Shown: positions 1 to 12,196 of the stretch, piece by piece | Numbering within the stretch: position 1 is the first letter of the stretch | Layout of the letters: each line of letters starts with the position of its first letter | NCBI RefSeq assembly: GCF_030684315.1 | Contig: NC_081375.1 | Span: forward strand, 32,539,073 to 32,603,072 | Length of the DNA: 64,000 nucleotides | From: Stegostoma tigrinum | Taxonomy: Eukaryota | Direction: 5' to 3' | Made by a program: the position numbers and the translations under genes | Notes under the pieces: generated by a model | Database searches by the model: none | What the model was told of the DNA's origin: nothing | The model's input: the letters and a program-made list of their open reading frames with translations, nothing else

Positions 1-1110
1 GTCTGCTCCACCATCTAATCATGGCTAATAAGTTCCTCAATCCCATTCTCCCACTTTCTCCCCTTAACCCTTGATCCCCTTGATAATCAAGAACCTATCT
101 ATCTCAGCCTTAAATGTATTCAATGACCTGGTCCCCACAGTCTTCTGTGGCAGTGAATTCCATAGATTCACCACTCTCTGGTTGAAGAAGTTACTCCTTA
201 TCTCTGTTCTAACAGGTCTTCCCTTTTACTCTAAGACTGTGTCCTCAGATCCTATTCTCTCCTACCAATGAAAGCATCTTCCCAACATCCACTCTTTCCA
301 GGCCATTCAGTATTCTGTAAGTTTCAATTAGATCCCCCCTCATCCTTCTAAACTTCAATGAGTATAGTCCCAGAGTCCTCAAATATTCCTTTTTTGTTAA
401 GCTTCTCTTTCCTGGGACCATTCTTGTGAACCTCCTCTGAGCCCGCTCCAAGTCCAATACATCCTTTCTGAGATATCGGGCCCAAAACTGCACACAATCT
501 TCCAAACCTGGCCTGACTAGAGCCTTATAATGCCTCAGTAGTGCATCCCTGCTTTTATATTCATGTCCCCTCAAAATAAATACCAACATTGCAATTGCCT
601 ACCTGACTACTGACTCAACCTGCAAGTTTACCTTGACAGAATCCTGGACTACAGCTCCCAAGTCTCTTTGCACGTCAGATTTCCGAATTTTCTCCACATT
701 TAGAAAATAGTCCATGCTTTTATTCTTCTTACCAAAGTTCATGACTTCACACTTTCCCACTTTGTACTCCATCTGCCACTTCTTTGCCCACTCTCCTAAC
801 CTGTCCAAATCCTTCTGCAGCCTTCCCACCTCCTCAATACTACCTGTCTGTCCACGAATCTTTGTATCATTTGCTAACTTGGCCAGAATGCTCTCAGTTC
901 CTTCGTCTAGATCATTAATATATTTTGTGAAACGTTATGGCCCCAACACCGACCCTTGTAGAGCAGCACTTGTCACCATCTGACATCCTGAGAAAGACCC
1001 CTTTGTCCCCACTCTCTGCTTTCTGCCAGATAGCCAATCTTCTGTCCATTCTAGCACTTTGCCTGTAACACCATAGGCCCTTATCTTACTCAGCAGCCTC
1101 CTGTGCAGCA
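1..1110 (-). mobile_element. CR1-clade LINE, degenerate 3' part of ORF2 (reverse transcriptase C-terminal region) plus start of 3' UTR
   Basis: ORF pieces 935..1120, 599..829 and 245..589 read as CR1 RT motifs (WTEDWLSGRKQRV, LQGSVLGP, LQKDLDRLGEWAKKWQM, YKALVRPGLEDCVQFW, RRMRGDLIETYRIL), broken by stops and frameshifts. Confidence 0.9.
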
Positions 1111-1450
1111 CAGGAAGCACAGCTTCTCTGAAAGCTCATAATTTTTTTTAATGCTGTGTGTAATGCCAACTAACAACACTCTTGTATTTGATTCATGTGT
1201 TTCTAGGTTCAAGTCCTATGCTGGACTCGAGTGCCCAAGTCAAATAAGACAAACCAGTTTAGCAAGTGACGTATTGTCAAAAGTGCCAAATAGCACATGA
1301 GCTATTTACCAAGGAGCCATCTCCCTGTTTAGATAGTCAATTAGTATTAGATAGAGATAGTGGGAACTGTAGATGCTGGAGAATCCAAGATAATAAAATG
1401 TGAGGCTGGATGAACACAGCACGCCAAGCAGCATCTCAGGAGCACAAAAG

Positions 1451-1480
1451 CTGATGTTTCGGTCCTAGACCCTTCATCAG
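1451..1480 (-). ncRNA. Minimal hammerhead ribozyme motif (PLE-associated, variant)
   Basis: Minus strand CTGATGA-A-GGGTCTAGGACC-GAAACATCAG; one stem II mismatch and a CpG-type change. Confidence 0.55.
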
Positions 1481-2307
1481 AGAGGGGGATGGGGTGAGGG
1501 TTCTGGAATAAATAGGGAGAGAGGGGGAGGCGGACCGAAGATGGAGAGAAAAGAAGATAGGTGGAGAGAGTATAGGTGGGGAGGTAGGGAGGGGATAGGT
1601 CAGTCCAGGGAAGACGGACAGGTCAAGGAGGTGGGATGAGGTTAGTAGGTAGATGGGGGTGCGGCTTGGGGTGGGAGGGAGGGATGGGTGAGAGGAAGAA
1701 CAGGTTGGGGAGGCAGAGACAGGTTGGACTGGTTTTGGGATGCAGTGGGTGGAGGGGAAGAGCTGGGCTGGTTGTGTGGTGCAGTGGGGGGAGGGGACGA
1801 ACTGGGCTGGTTTAGGGACGCGGTGGGGGAAGGGGAGATTTTGAAACTGGTGAAGTCCACATTGATACCATTAGGCTGCAGGGTTCCCAGGCGGAATATG
1901 AGTTGCTGTTCCTGCAACCTTCGGGTGGCATCATTGTGGCACTGCAGGAGGCCCATGATGGACATGTCATCTAAAGAATGGGAGGGGGAGTGGAAATGGT
2001 TTGCGACTGGGAGGTGCAGTTGTTTGTTGCGAACTGAGCGGAGGTGTTCTGCAAAGCGGTCCCCAAGCCTCCGCTTGGTTTCCCCAATGTAGAGGAACTG
2101 TTCCTGCAACCTTCGGGTGGCATCACTGTGGCACTGCAGGAGGCCCATGATGGACATGTCATCTAAAGAATGGGAGGGGGAGTGGAAATGGTTTGCGACT
2201 GGGACCTCCCCACCTATACTCTCTCACCTATCTTCATTTCTCTCCATCTTCGGTCCGCCTCCCCCTCTCTCCCTATTTATTCCAGAACCCTCACCCCATC
2301 CCCCTCT

Positions 2308-2337
2308 CTGATGAAGGGTCTAGGCCTGAAACGTCAG
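2308..2337 (+). ncRNA. Minimal hammerhead ribozyme motif (PLE-associated)
   Basis: CTGATGA-A-GGGTCTAGGCCT-GAAACGTCAG. Confidence 0.65.
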
Positions 2338-3409
2338 CTTTTGTGCTCCTGAGATGCTGCTTGGCCTGCTGTCTTCATCCAGCCTCACATTTTATTATCT
2401 AGTATTAGATAGCATCAGCTTGAAGAAAAGCCAATGGATTATTCCTGATGTGCTAGTCTATGTTTATTTCTCAATCAACATTGCACAAATAGATCATTAT
2501 CACTTCATTGTACGTTTGTGTCGGCTGCTCATAAAATAGCTGCTATTTGCTATATAGCCAATAAAGTATTGTCATTGTTATAAGAGAAATGCAAGTCTTT
2601 CTTTGAAAGCCAAGCAGAGTATCCAGTACCATCTGTGGTACAGCAGGCCCGATCCAAAATGAAGCAATAATCAGATCAATGAAAGCAACATCCGTCAGCT
2701 GTTTATTTACATCATACAGGCACAGTAAGTGAGAGGCTCACCAGTAGTAGCAGAATTGGCATCAAGTGAGTGATTTTACAAGTCTTGGAGTTTGGTGTGC
2801 TGACAGATAATCGATTATAGATTTACAATTCCAGGTGCATTCTTGCAGATTGACATACATTTGTTTTGTTCTTAATGTATAATCTAGCAAATTGTTCTTT
2901 TTAAAATTTTAGAACTTTCTTCTCTGAAAATTTATTTGCAAGGTATACATACTTCTGTTTTGATTCCAAGACAAGGATTTGATATTGTGTGTAAGCGCAT
3001 GTATTTTATACATACACTATGTCAAACATCCACTAAGGATGAACTATGATTATCTCTTCAGTTCTCAATTTTTTTTACAGACTGTTAAAGTAGTTCTAAT
3101 TCACATGCTATTTTCAAGTGGACTCATGAAGTATGCCATCAGTTAAGGTGAAATTTGGTATTGACATCAAGGACGAACTCCAAGCTGCTCATGATTGGAG
3201 GCAGTCATAGATTTGTCTATGACTAACCTTTCTAAATCAGGAAAGTAACGATCTGACGTTGGAGTAGAGTTGTAAAGTACAGTCATATGGCTTCAGTATC
3301 AGTGTCCTCTGCTGACTGAGTGTAATTGTTGCAGAGTTGCAAATCATTGAAGTTCAGAAAAATTAGTCACAATCATTCATGCTAACAAGTTAAGAAGGCT
3401 GCTAAAAAG

Positions 3410-3995
3410 ACAAATCCTTAGTTTTTTTTATAAAGAGATTAAAACACTGGTTAGATTCCAACTCGAGTATTGTGACTAATTCTGGATACCACATTTTACG
3501 AAGAGTATCAATATGAGAGGGTGCACAGAAGATTTACTAGAATTGTTCCAAGGATGCAGACTTCAATTATATGCAGAGATTGGAGAAGAGAGAATAATAA
3601 TTTTTTGAGTGAACGTTAAATGTAAACTTGAAAGAAATGTATAAAATTGGGAATGATTTTGAGACAGGCAAAAATAAGAGAAGGATTTCCTACATTGGAA
3701 AGATTAGTAACCAAACAATACAGATTTGTGCTCATTTGTATAAAAACTAGGTGCAATTAAGGAGTAACAAAAAAAGTGCTAAGAGATATTAGATCCAGTG
3801 AGAACTGGAATAAACTCTGCTAAATAGTGGTGGAATGAGAGTCAGGAATAATAATTCAGAAAATTGAACAAGCACTTAAAAGGAAAATTTGGAATTCAAT
3901 GGGGAAAAGAGAAAGGGATTGGGTTAATTGTAAAGTTTTTCAAAAGAGTCTGCACAAGCAAGACAGTGCAAATGACCTTCTGCAGTGTATCATTC
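3410..3995 (+). mobile_element. Old CR1 LINE 3' fragment
   Basis: Degenerate KTLVRxQLEYC-like coding remnant and CR1-type tail ending ...gtgtatcattctat. Confidence 0.7.
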
Positions 3996-4112
3996 TATAT
4001 TGTATGGGGTCAGGCAAATAACTTCTCAAATCCCTGATGGATGCTGAAACTGTTCTAATTGCTAAACGATCTCCAGGGAGAAACGATATCTATTTTGGAA
4101 CCTCTGTGAAGA

Positions 4113-4435
4113 CTCATAGAATCCCTACAGTGTGAAAACAGGCCTTTTGGCCCAACAAGTCCGTACCAACCTTCAGAGCATTCCACCCAGAACCATCCCC
4201 CTATAACCCACTTCATCTACACATCCCTGAACACAACAGGCAATTTACCATGGCCAATCCACCTAGCGTGCACATCTTTGGACTGTGGGAAGAAACCAGA
4301 GCACCTGGAGGAAACCCATGCAGACATGAGGAGAATGTGCAAACTCCACACAGACAGTTGTCCAAGGCAGGAATTGAACCTGGGTCCCTGGCACTGTGAG
4401 GCAGCAGTGCTAACCACTGAGCTACCGTGCTGCCT
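4113..4435 (-). mobile_element. V-domain tRNA-derived SINE (HE1-like)
   Basis: Minus strand: tRNA-like head GGTAGCTCAGTGGTTAGCAC...GGTTCAATTCC, V-domain TGTGTGGAGTTTGCACATTCTC...CCCACAGTCCAAAGATGTG, CR1-like tail CTGTAGGGATTCTATGA. Confidence 0.9.
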
Positions 4436-4715
4436 GTAGTTAGTCTGGTGGACTTTCCACAACAGGCTTTGTCAGCAATTCTCTAGAGAATGACTTAGAG
4501 GAACCAAATTACTGTGACCCTTAATTGACTAACTTAGCTGATAACTTCTTCTGAATAACCTGAACTTTGCTTCTATGGTATTATTCAAAAAATTAATGTG
4601 AAGTAATTGATCATGGCTGTCCAAATTTCAAAATGAAGTCTTGCATCCTTACAAACACAGGAGGCCACAATTGCTGAAGTTGGAAAAATCTTTGTCAACC
4701 TGAATTCCTTCAACT

Positions 4716-4809
4716 TGTGCTCCTGAGATGCTGCTTAGCCTGCTGTGTTCATCCAGCCTCACATTTTATTATCTTGGAATTCTCCAGCATCTGCAGTTCC
4801 CATTATCTC
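4716..4809 (+). mobile_element. Very short PLE 3'-end insertion
   Basis: Matches the last ~95 nt of the PLE family; TSD TTCCTTCAACT at 4705-4715 and 4810-4820. Confidence 0.85.
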
Positions 4810-5087
4810 TTCCTTCAACTCCTGATGGTTAACTTAAACCTTTGACTCAACCTAATAATATTTTCAGCAATTATTTTGTGATAGATATATAATTTATAAA
4901 TTATGTGTCTTTTAATACAATTGCAAAATAGTTTTCAATTGTTATTTCTTTCAATTTTACCAGCTGATGAAAAAATCCGTTTATTGAAGCTTCACTACCA
5001 ATGTAGGTTATTTCCCATGGTGTCCAAATTAAGTCATATTGTCATCACCTCCTCAACTCACATTAATAATATTTAGGATGATTATCA

Positions 5088-5513
5088 CAGTGCTTCCCAA
5101 TTTTTTTTTGCTGTGGCCCATTTTAATTACAAATTTTGCATTACCTGGAGTGAACAATTGGAATTTGCGAGGTGTGAAAGCTGTTGAATTGGGGAAGTGA
5201 GGGGGTGTGGTGAATCAGCAACTCAGTGAGAAGGAGGTGAGATTCAGTTGCTGAGTGCTAGCAGCATCATTCAGGTGTGGAGTGAGGGGTGAGGGCGAGA
5301 CTGAGCATACTGGCAAGTATTTAATTGGCAGTATTCTTTTTAAAAAATGCCCACCCTATCTCAGCCTCTGTTGGATCAAACTCAACATCAAGAAAAAAAT
5401 CATAAGGGGTCAAAGAGGTTTTGCAGATGCTAAACTCAGCCTTCAGTTTGGTAGGCATTCAGACCTCACAACCCTTAAATCTTATCTCGCAACACCCAGT
5501 TTGGGAAGTCCTG
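5088..5513. mobile_element. Possible hAT/Charlie-type non-autonomous DNA transposon
   Basis: Imperfect terminal inverted repeats CAGTGCTTCCCAA ... TTGGGAAGTCCTG; no clean 8-bp TSD. Confidence 0.45.
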
Positions 5514-5678
5514 ATTTCAAAACTATTTGGTGCTTCAGGGTCCAATGGTTATTCTGAAAATTAGGCTAATTTAACTCTGCATTTGCCATTTTCCGATTTT
5601 ATCCTCCAGTTCATTGTGTGATTGTTGTCTCAAGACGTCATCCTTCAGTTAATGAAGTTGGCTTATACATTCCCATTA

Positions 5679-5795
5679 GGGTTCTTGTAGTGCAAAGATG
5701 GTATTCCTACCTTTGAGAAAGGTAACCTGAGGTCAAGTCCCATCATGGCCCCAGAAGTGTGTAATAATATCTCTGAGCAAGTTGATTAAAAAATG
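5679..5795 (+). mobile_element. Short (~120 bp) tRNA-derived SINE
   Basis: Similar to copies at ~31969-33215 (split by a PLE), 33258-33360 and 55027-55160; degenerate A/B-box head followed by CCAGAAGTGTGTAATAA. Confidence 0.6.
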
Positions 5796-6850
5796 TATGA
5801 ATTCCTATTCCCAGCATCACTTGAGGATTATACACCAACCGATGAGCATCATAAAATGGGATCCCAACTGTTCGCTCACCTAGAAGCACTAGATGAAGAA
5901 CTGAGAACAAGACAAATGCAAATGTCGTGAAGTTGTGATTCGGATTAATAGGTAGAGATTCCAATGTTCAGTTGCTGTAGCTACCAGGCCATGTGATACA
6001 CTTATATCGTTCTCCAAAATATACATCACTAAAAAGTTCAATCAAGCAAACAAATTAGTTCAATAACACACTTCATCGCATTCCAATTTTGAACATAGAG
6101 GGAAACAGCAGAAAATGTTAAGTGTATGAAAATGACATTTTTCACTCTGTTTTAAGTATTTTAAAATGTACCAGCTGTCTAAAATTAAAACAATGCAAAA
6201 ATTTTCAAACTGTAAAGGCTGCAGATACATTTTCATTTGCAGCATTTTAATTTAAGCCTGAGCAGTCAGAATCTGTTTATTGTGGTTGTGCTGACAAAGA
6301 TGAAGAAATCTGCATTTTCCTTGGGGGAATCTAATGTCCATTGCAGTCCTTATTAAATAGCATACAGGTTCGTTATTTCAACATCGTGGTGTATAATTCC
6401 TTTGAGGGAAATTCAAACTCCTATCTTGGAACCACTTTATTATGGCATCGTGCCAATCTGTCAACACTATTTCCCAATATTCATTTTTATTGCTTTTCTA
6501 TACCCCCTACAGGCTTCTACTAATTGACAGTACTCTACCAAGCTCATACCACAGCTGTATCACTGCGAAGGTACAGTTGGATAAGCAGAAATATGCTATG
6601 CATAGTGGGATGAACTCATTTGAAATTTGCATCAACTAAGATTGCTATTAGATAGGCACACGTATTCAGCTTCTGAAAATACAATGACAGTAAAATCTAA
6701 ACACTAGAATTTGCAATTGCATCTCTGAATTGTTTGTGTTGATGTTTAAAACCAACAAACCTAAGTATTTCAATCTGGGATAGTTTTCCCACAGGATATT
6801 GCCAAGCAAGCTGGGATCTAATGCGGCCTATTGTTTGGGGGTTTAATCAT

Positions 6851-7858
6851 GGACTGAATTTTCCCTAATTCTGATGAGATTCATGGCAGACAGTCTGCAT
6901 TGGCCCATGTTGACTTCTCATGTAATCTTCTGTGGTAAGCACAAAAAAGCAAACACCTTGAAAGCATTGTAACAACCTCCTGTTCACACAAACAACCAAA
7001 TGAGAGCCATCTTTGCATATCACTGAGGCCCAACATTTCCAGTTTAGGTTGAAATCTCTAATGCCAATTCAGGTCAAACCTAAGGTTGCCATTCAAATCT
7101 GAAAGCTTTTCAGCTTGTCAGGAGATTGCCGACCAAAGCAGCACAGTGTTAACCAGCAGTCAATGCACAGAATAGTGAAGGGGATTGGTACTGAAACCAT
7201 GCCCCTCTTTTACAGCAGCAGCTGCCAAACTCTATGGTTTAGGGTTTTAAAACCACTTTAACAGCATCCATGTAGATGATAAGTGTGTAAGGTAAGTGAG
7301 GACAATGTTAATTTGATTTGATCAGTTTCTGTTCTATTAGTTTCCATTAAAATACTTTTGGTTCTGTCAGTGCCCCACTGGGGCTTGTTAAACCCATAAA
7401 AGTTTGTTATTTTAAGAGTTGGAAGATAACTGAGGGATTAAGGTGCCACATTAATGAGGTTAGTATAGAGTGCCCATTTAGTGGAGGATACTACATACTA
7501 TGTGGGTCGGTGTTATGGATTGCCAGGCGAGGTCGAGGGAGAGTGTGGAAGTAGGGAATCAGGAGGTAGAGAAAGGAGGTTTATCAGAGTTGTGGCAAGT
7601 TGACCAATTTCTGCATTGTCAGACATTCTATATGGCCCCAAGTTGCAATCTCTGTCTATCCTGTCACTATGACCACATTCCTATCAGAAAATCTGGGTAA
7701 CAAAGATGGAGATTGATTTAACTTTACCATTGCAGTAGCTTTGCCTTTTATTTTTATGTAACTGGGAGATTCACCAAGACCATAAGTAAATAAATTTTGG
7801 GATTCAAGAGCAACTCAGATGGTCATAGATAACAGCAACCTGCAAGAAAATTCTGCCT
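6851..7858. mobile_element. Possible old non-autonomous DNA transposon (Harbinger-like ends)
   Basis: Ends GGACTGAATTTTCC and AGAAAATTCTGCCT are imperfect inverted repeats; interior non-coding. Confidence 0.3.
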
Positions 7859-7988
7859 GTAAATTGCATTAGAGGTGAAGGTCAGCAAGCAGTTCTCAAA
7901 ATATGTGTTTACACCAGATACAATACCAAGTGTTGTGTTATATCACACAGATAGTATGCAGTATATATTTAAGAAACAAACTCAGGAT

Positions 7989-8115
7989 TTTCTGAAGAAG
8001 AGTCCCGACCCAAAATATCAACTTTCCTGCTCTTCTGATGCTGCCTGGCCTGCTGTGATCCTCCAGCTCCACACTGTGTTATCGCTGGCTCCAGCACCAG
8101 CAGTTCTTACGACCT
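7989..8115 (+). mobile_element. Older PLE-subfamily 3' end with decayed hammerhead motif
   Basis: CTGAAGAAGAGTCCCGACCCAAAATATCAAC followed by the GATGCTGCCTGGCCTGCTGTG tail; TSD CTCAGGAT at 7981-7988 and 8116-8123. Confidence 0.75.
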
Positions 8116-8289
8116 CTCAGGATGTCATCACTATATCATAATGTGTGACCTGACAGTATAAATGCCTCAGTGTGTGCCTTAACTAAGGCCTCTTGAAGTG
8201 TAGCACATTGATTGAAATGTGCTGGTGTGGGCAACCAAGTAGCTCAGTATTAGCCCAGCCACTGAAGTGGCTGATGAACATCATCACCC

Positions 8290-9700
8290 ATGTCAAGTTT
8301 TAATGTTATTGAAACTTTATAGGGGTAAACCTCTTGATAAGATTGACTTTGAACCTAAAAGCTCATTGGAACATACATTAATGAACTAACTATGAACAAC
8401 AACATCCTTCTTCATTGACAGGTTTCGGGCAGTGCGTGGGGCATTGTCACAGTTCTCATGTCAACATATGAATTCCATCAGTTGCACAAAATTGGAAACA
8501 TTGCTGTTTGTGATCTGTGACAAAGTGTCACAGGAACAGAAACAACTTGAAGTATCATTGAGTGAAACAACTAATCCCCAGTGGTATTAAGCACAGTTAC
8601 CGTACCATGAAAATGGAACACTTCCACTCTATGATGACCATGAGTAAGTCAACAATGCAATCATTCTAGTCAAGTATCCACTTGCTACAATTCGAGAACT
8701 CTCAGCATATTTTTATGAATCCACAGTCTTTATCAAGCTCAAGATACAATGGAACTATATTCAGATACCGTTAGTGAAGTAAAGCCAATATCTTATAACT
8801 AACGTTACTCGTGAACATGTTTTAGTACTACAGAATGCTCTATGGATAAAGTTCAGCACCTAGATTTTATTTAGGCTTATCAGATGTGGAAAGGACTTTC
8901 AATCTATTCAACAACAGCATTTTCTATGAACATGACGAACTAGAACAAAGTTAACAGTTCTCAATGGTGCTCACTCAACTAACACAATACAATTTGACAC
9001 TCATCATGGACAAATGCAAATATGTATTGCGTCTTATCCATAAAGGACATCTAGGTGTTAAGATTAAACAAAAACCCAAGAAGCTGTTTGGTGGCCAGCT
9101 GCATTAGATCACCACATAGAAGAGTTAATTAGAGATTGCATAGCACGTACACTGTGCTAAACCATGTTCTGCACCTCTACAAATAACCTCAGGGCCAACA
9201 AAACCATGGCAACAACTAGATATTTTTGGCAAGCGGACACAGGCAAACAATGATTTTTTTTATTATTGTTGTTCATGTTCTGGATTGTGAATATTCAGAA
9301 TCATTATAATAAATCCCATGACCACCACTCTGGTTATTGATATTCTAGGCTAGTTCTTTACAAAATTGAATTTGCCTGACACTATCACTACAGACAGGGA
9401 TCACTGCTTATTTCTGGCCAGTTAATGAGTTTCTAGCATGCAATGGAATTTACCGTAATTATACATTACAATACAACTTGCCATTGATTGGCAGTATTTA
9501 ATGATCCAACAAGGTGGTCAAGGACAATCTGAGAGCTAGCATGTTAGAAGATAAAATGTTCAAATAATCCAGTCCTATCCAACTTTGTACATGCTAGTCC
9601 GTCCCACAGTCTCCAATTGGAAATCTCCAGCTCAATTTGTGATGGGTCAGAATTTGTAGGTGCCACATGCAATTCTTAAACCGTCACCACCATCAAACAA
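8290..9700 (+). mobile_element. Highly degenerate Gypsy-type pol (RNase H/integrase) remnant
   Basis: Short translated motifs VLRLIHKGHLGV (~9025-9060), LDHHIEELIRDCIA (~9103-9145) and LPDTITTDR (~9372) resemble the integrase zinc finger and core; many stops. Confidence 0.6.
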
Positions 9701-10962
9701 GAACATCAGAGCAAAAGCTGAAGAAACAGACAAAGTCATAAAGTGACAAGGCAATGACAAAACATATGTTGACAAGTGACTGTACACATAGAAATTGTAA
9801 TTTGAATTTGGAGACTGGGTTTGCATCAAACAAACTAACCTTGGCAACAGCCTTATATTATCTCTTATGGAGCTGCTCTCTGTGCTGTGTGGTATGTGTT
9901 AGTTAAGCCTGTGGATGTCCTTACAAAAGAAACTGAAACATGCAGCATGCCTGAGAAAGGAAACGTTTTAAAAGCATGTAATAACCTCCAGTTCACACAT
10001 AGAATCCAATGTGTCGTCTCTACATACATCTTATGCATGAAACTGTATAGGATCACTTGCATTCTTTTCTGTGTCTCACTTATTTCCCTTCTTTTATTGA
10101 TTTCTTCTTATATAATTTCCTTCCCCTTATGTTAGTTTATTTTTAGTTGTTTTTCATCAATATAAACATGATAGTTACAGCATGTAGATTTTGACAAAAT
10201 GATTACTGCATTGCTTGATAAATCAATTTCTATAGAACTATTTTTGTATCTGAGTAGAGAGTATGCACAACAGTCACATTGAATCTTTCTAACATATATC
10301 ACCAGAGTAACCTTAAATATGGATTGCTTCATATCGTTCATGCTTTCTTCCAGTCAAATTGCCTCTCACCTCACCTGACATATCATCTCATTAAGTTCTC
10401 AGACCATTATAAATGTACATTATCATTATCACCTATTCCTACGCACAAAGCGGGAATACTGATTATAAATTAGGCCATAAATGAAAGAATGGAAATGGGG
10501 AAAAACATGACTAAAATGATAATGTTATTTTGATAGCCTTTAGTGAGCCAGTACTCTCAGTGGAGCACTGAAAGCATCAGCTTTCTGTTTCCTTTCCTTG
10601 CTCTGTTTCATAAAACTGAAGAACAGTTCTTCAAATATGGTAATTCAGTACTGTATAAATTTTTTACTAGAAAAACATGATTTCCAATTGTATCATAGGT
10701 GACATGTACCATGTAAAGAGGTTGAATCAGACAATCAGCAATGTTGCATTTTCAACGAGACAAGCTGAGACGAATTCTGGCCTTTTCATAACAATCCTTT
10801 TGTGTACACTCCTTTGAACATATATAATTGCTGCCAGTACAGAATATAAATACTGCTAAAAGGGGATATGAAGTTCAAGCTTTTCATCTTGCACTCGTCA
10901 GGAATAAGCTGCAAAAAACAAACTTGCAAAATGTGACACCATGTTAGCAACAAGAAAAGCAG

Positions 10963-11880
10963 TTGCTAATCTGCTCCCACGATAAGACATTCCACTCCCG
11001 CACATCCCAGATGTCCAAGTTCTTCAAGGACCGCAACTTTCCCCCCACAGTGATCGAGAACGCCCTTGACCGCGTCTCCCGTATTTCCCGCAACACATCC
11101 CTCACACCCCGCCCCCGCCACAACCGCCCCAAGAGGATCCCCCTCGTTCTCACACACCACCCTACCAACCTCCGGATACAACGCATTATCCTCCGACACT
11201 TCCGCCATTTACAATCCGACCCCACCACCCAAGACATTTTTCCATCCCCTCCCCTGTCAGCTTTCCGGAGAGACCACTCTCTCCGTGACTCCCTTGTTCG
11301 CTCCACACTGCCCTCCAACCCCACCACACCCGGCACCTTCCCCTGCAACCGCAGGAAATGCTACACTTGTCCCCACACCTCCTCCCTCACCCCCATCCCA
11401 GGCCCCAAGATGACATTCCACATTAAGCAGATGTTCACCTGCACATCTGCCAATGTGGTATACTGCATCCACTGTACCCGGTGCGGCTTCCTCTACATTG
11501 GGGAAACCAAGCGGAGGCTTGGGGACCGCTTTGCAGAACACCTCCGCTCAGTCCGCAACAAACAACTGCACCTCCCAGTCGCAAACCATTTCCACTCCCC
11601 CTCCCATTCTCTAGAGGACATGTCCATCATGGGCCTCCTGCAGTGCCACAATGATGCCACCCGAAGGCTGCAGGAACAGCAACTCATATTCCGCCTGGGA
11701 ACCCTGCAGCCATATGGTATCAATGTGGACTTCACCAGTTTCAAAATCTCCCCTTCTCCTACTGCATCCCTAAACCAGCCCAGTTCGTCCCCTCCCCCCA
11801 CTGCACCACACAACCAGCCCAGCTCTTCCCCCCCACCCACTGCATCCCAAAACCAGTCCAACCTGTCTCTGCCTCCCTAA
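10963..11880 (+). pseudogene. 5'-truncated PLE ORF: RT C-terminal/linker region plus GIY-YIG endonuclease
   Basis: Linker CNRRKCYTC, NVVYCIHCTRCGFLYIGET (GIY-YIG with CxxC), RFAEH, VANHF, RRLQEQQLIFRLGTL..GIN; no RT core and no true ATG start. Confidence 0.9.
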
Positions 11881-12196
11881 CCGGTTCTTCCTCTCACCCA
11901 TCCCTTCCTCCCACCCCAAGCCGCACCCCCAGCTACCTACTAACCTCATCCCACCTCCTTGACCTGTCCGTCTTCCCTGGACTGACCTATCCCCTCCCTA
12001 CCTCCCCACCTACACTCTCTCCACCTATCTTCTTTACTCTCCATCTTCGGTCCGCCTCCCCCTCTCTCCCTATTTATTCCAGTTCCCTCTCCCCATCCCC
12101 CTCTCTGATGAAGGGTCTAGGCCCGAAACGTCAGCTTTTGTGCTCCTGAGATGCTGCTTGGCCTGCTGTGTTCATCCAGCCTCACATTTTATTATC
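10971..12196 (+). mobile_element. Young Penelope-like element (Neptune type), 5'-truncated
   Basis: Uninterrupted ORF remnant to the stop at 11880, pyrimidine-rich 3' UTR, HHR motif; short TSD TGCTAAT at 10964-10970 and 12197-12203. Confidence 0.93.
12105..12134 (+). ncRNA. Minimal hammerhead ribozyme motif (PLE-associated)
   Basis: CTGATGA-A-GGGTC-TA-GGCCC-GAAACGTC-AG; conserved core boxes, stem II, palindromic ACGT in place of stem III. Confidence 0.75.

Larger units (their letters stand above)
1355..2399 (-). mobile_element. Penelope-like element (Neptune type), 5'-truncated, with internal duplication and inverted short arm
   Basis: GIY-YIG C-terminus (FLYIGETKRRLGDRFAEH...RRLQEQQLIFRLGTLQPNGIN) on minus; 2098-2204 duplicates 1906-2012; 2204-2399 is a plus-oriented 3' end; TSD TAGTATTAGATAG at 1342-1354 and 2400-2412. 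Confidence 0.9.

Noticed and set aside
3203-3224. Small hairpin AGTCATAGA-TTTG-TCTATGACT
   Set aside because: Isolated 9-bp stem, plausible by chance in 64 kb
4370-4435. tRNA-like A/B boxes here and in the other SINE heads
   Set aside because: They continue into SINE bodies with no full cloverleaf; not tRNA genes
11750-11870. Short spaced direct repeats superficially like a CRISPR array
   Set aside because: Coding tandem repeats of the PLE C-terminus in a vertebrate genome; no unique spacers or cas genes
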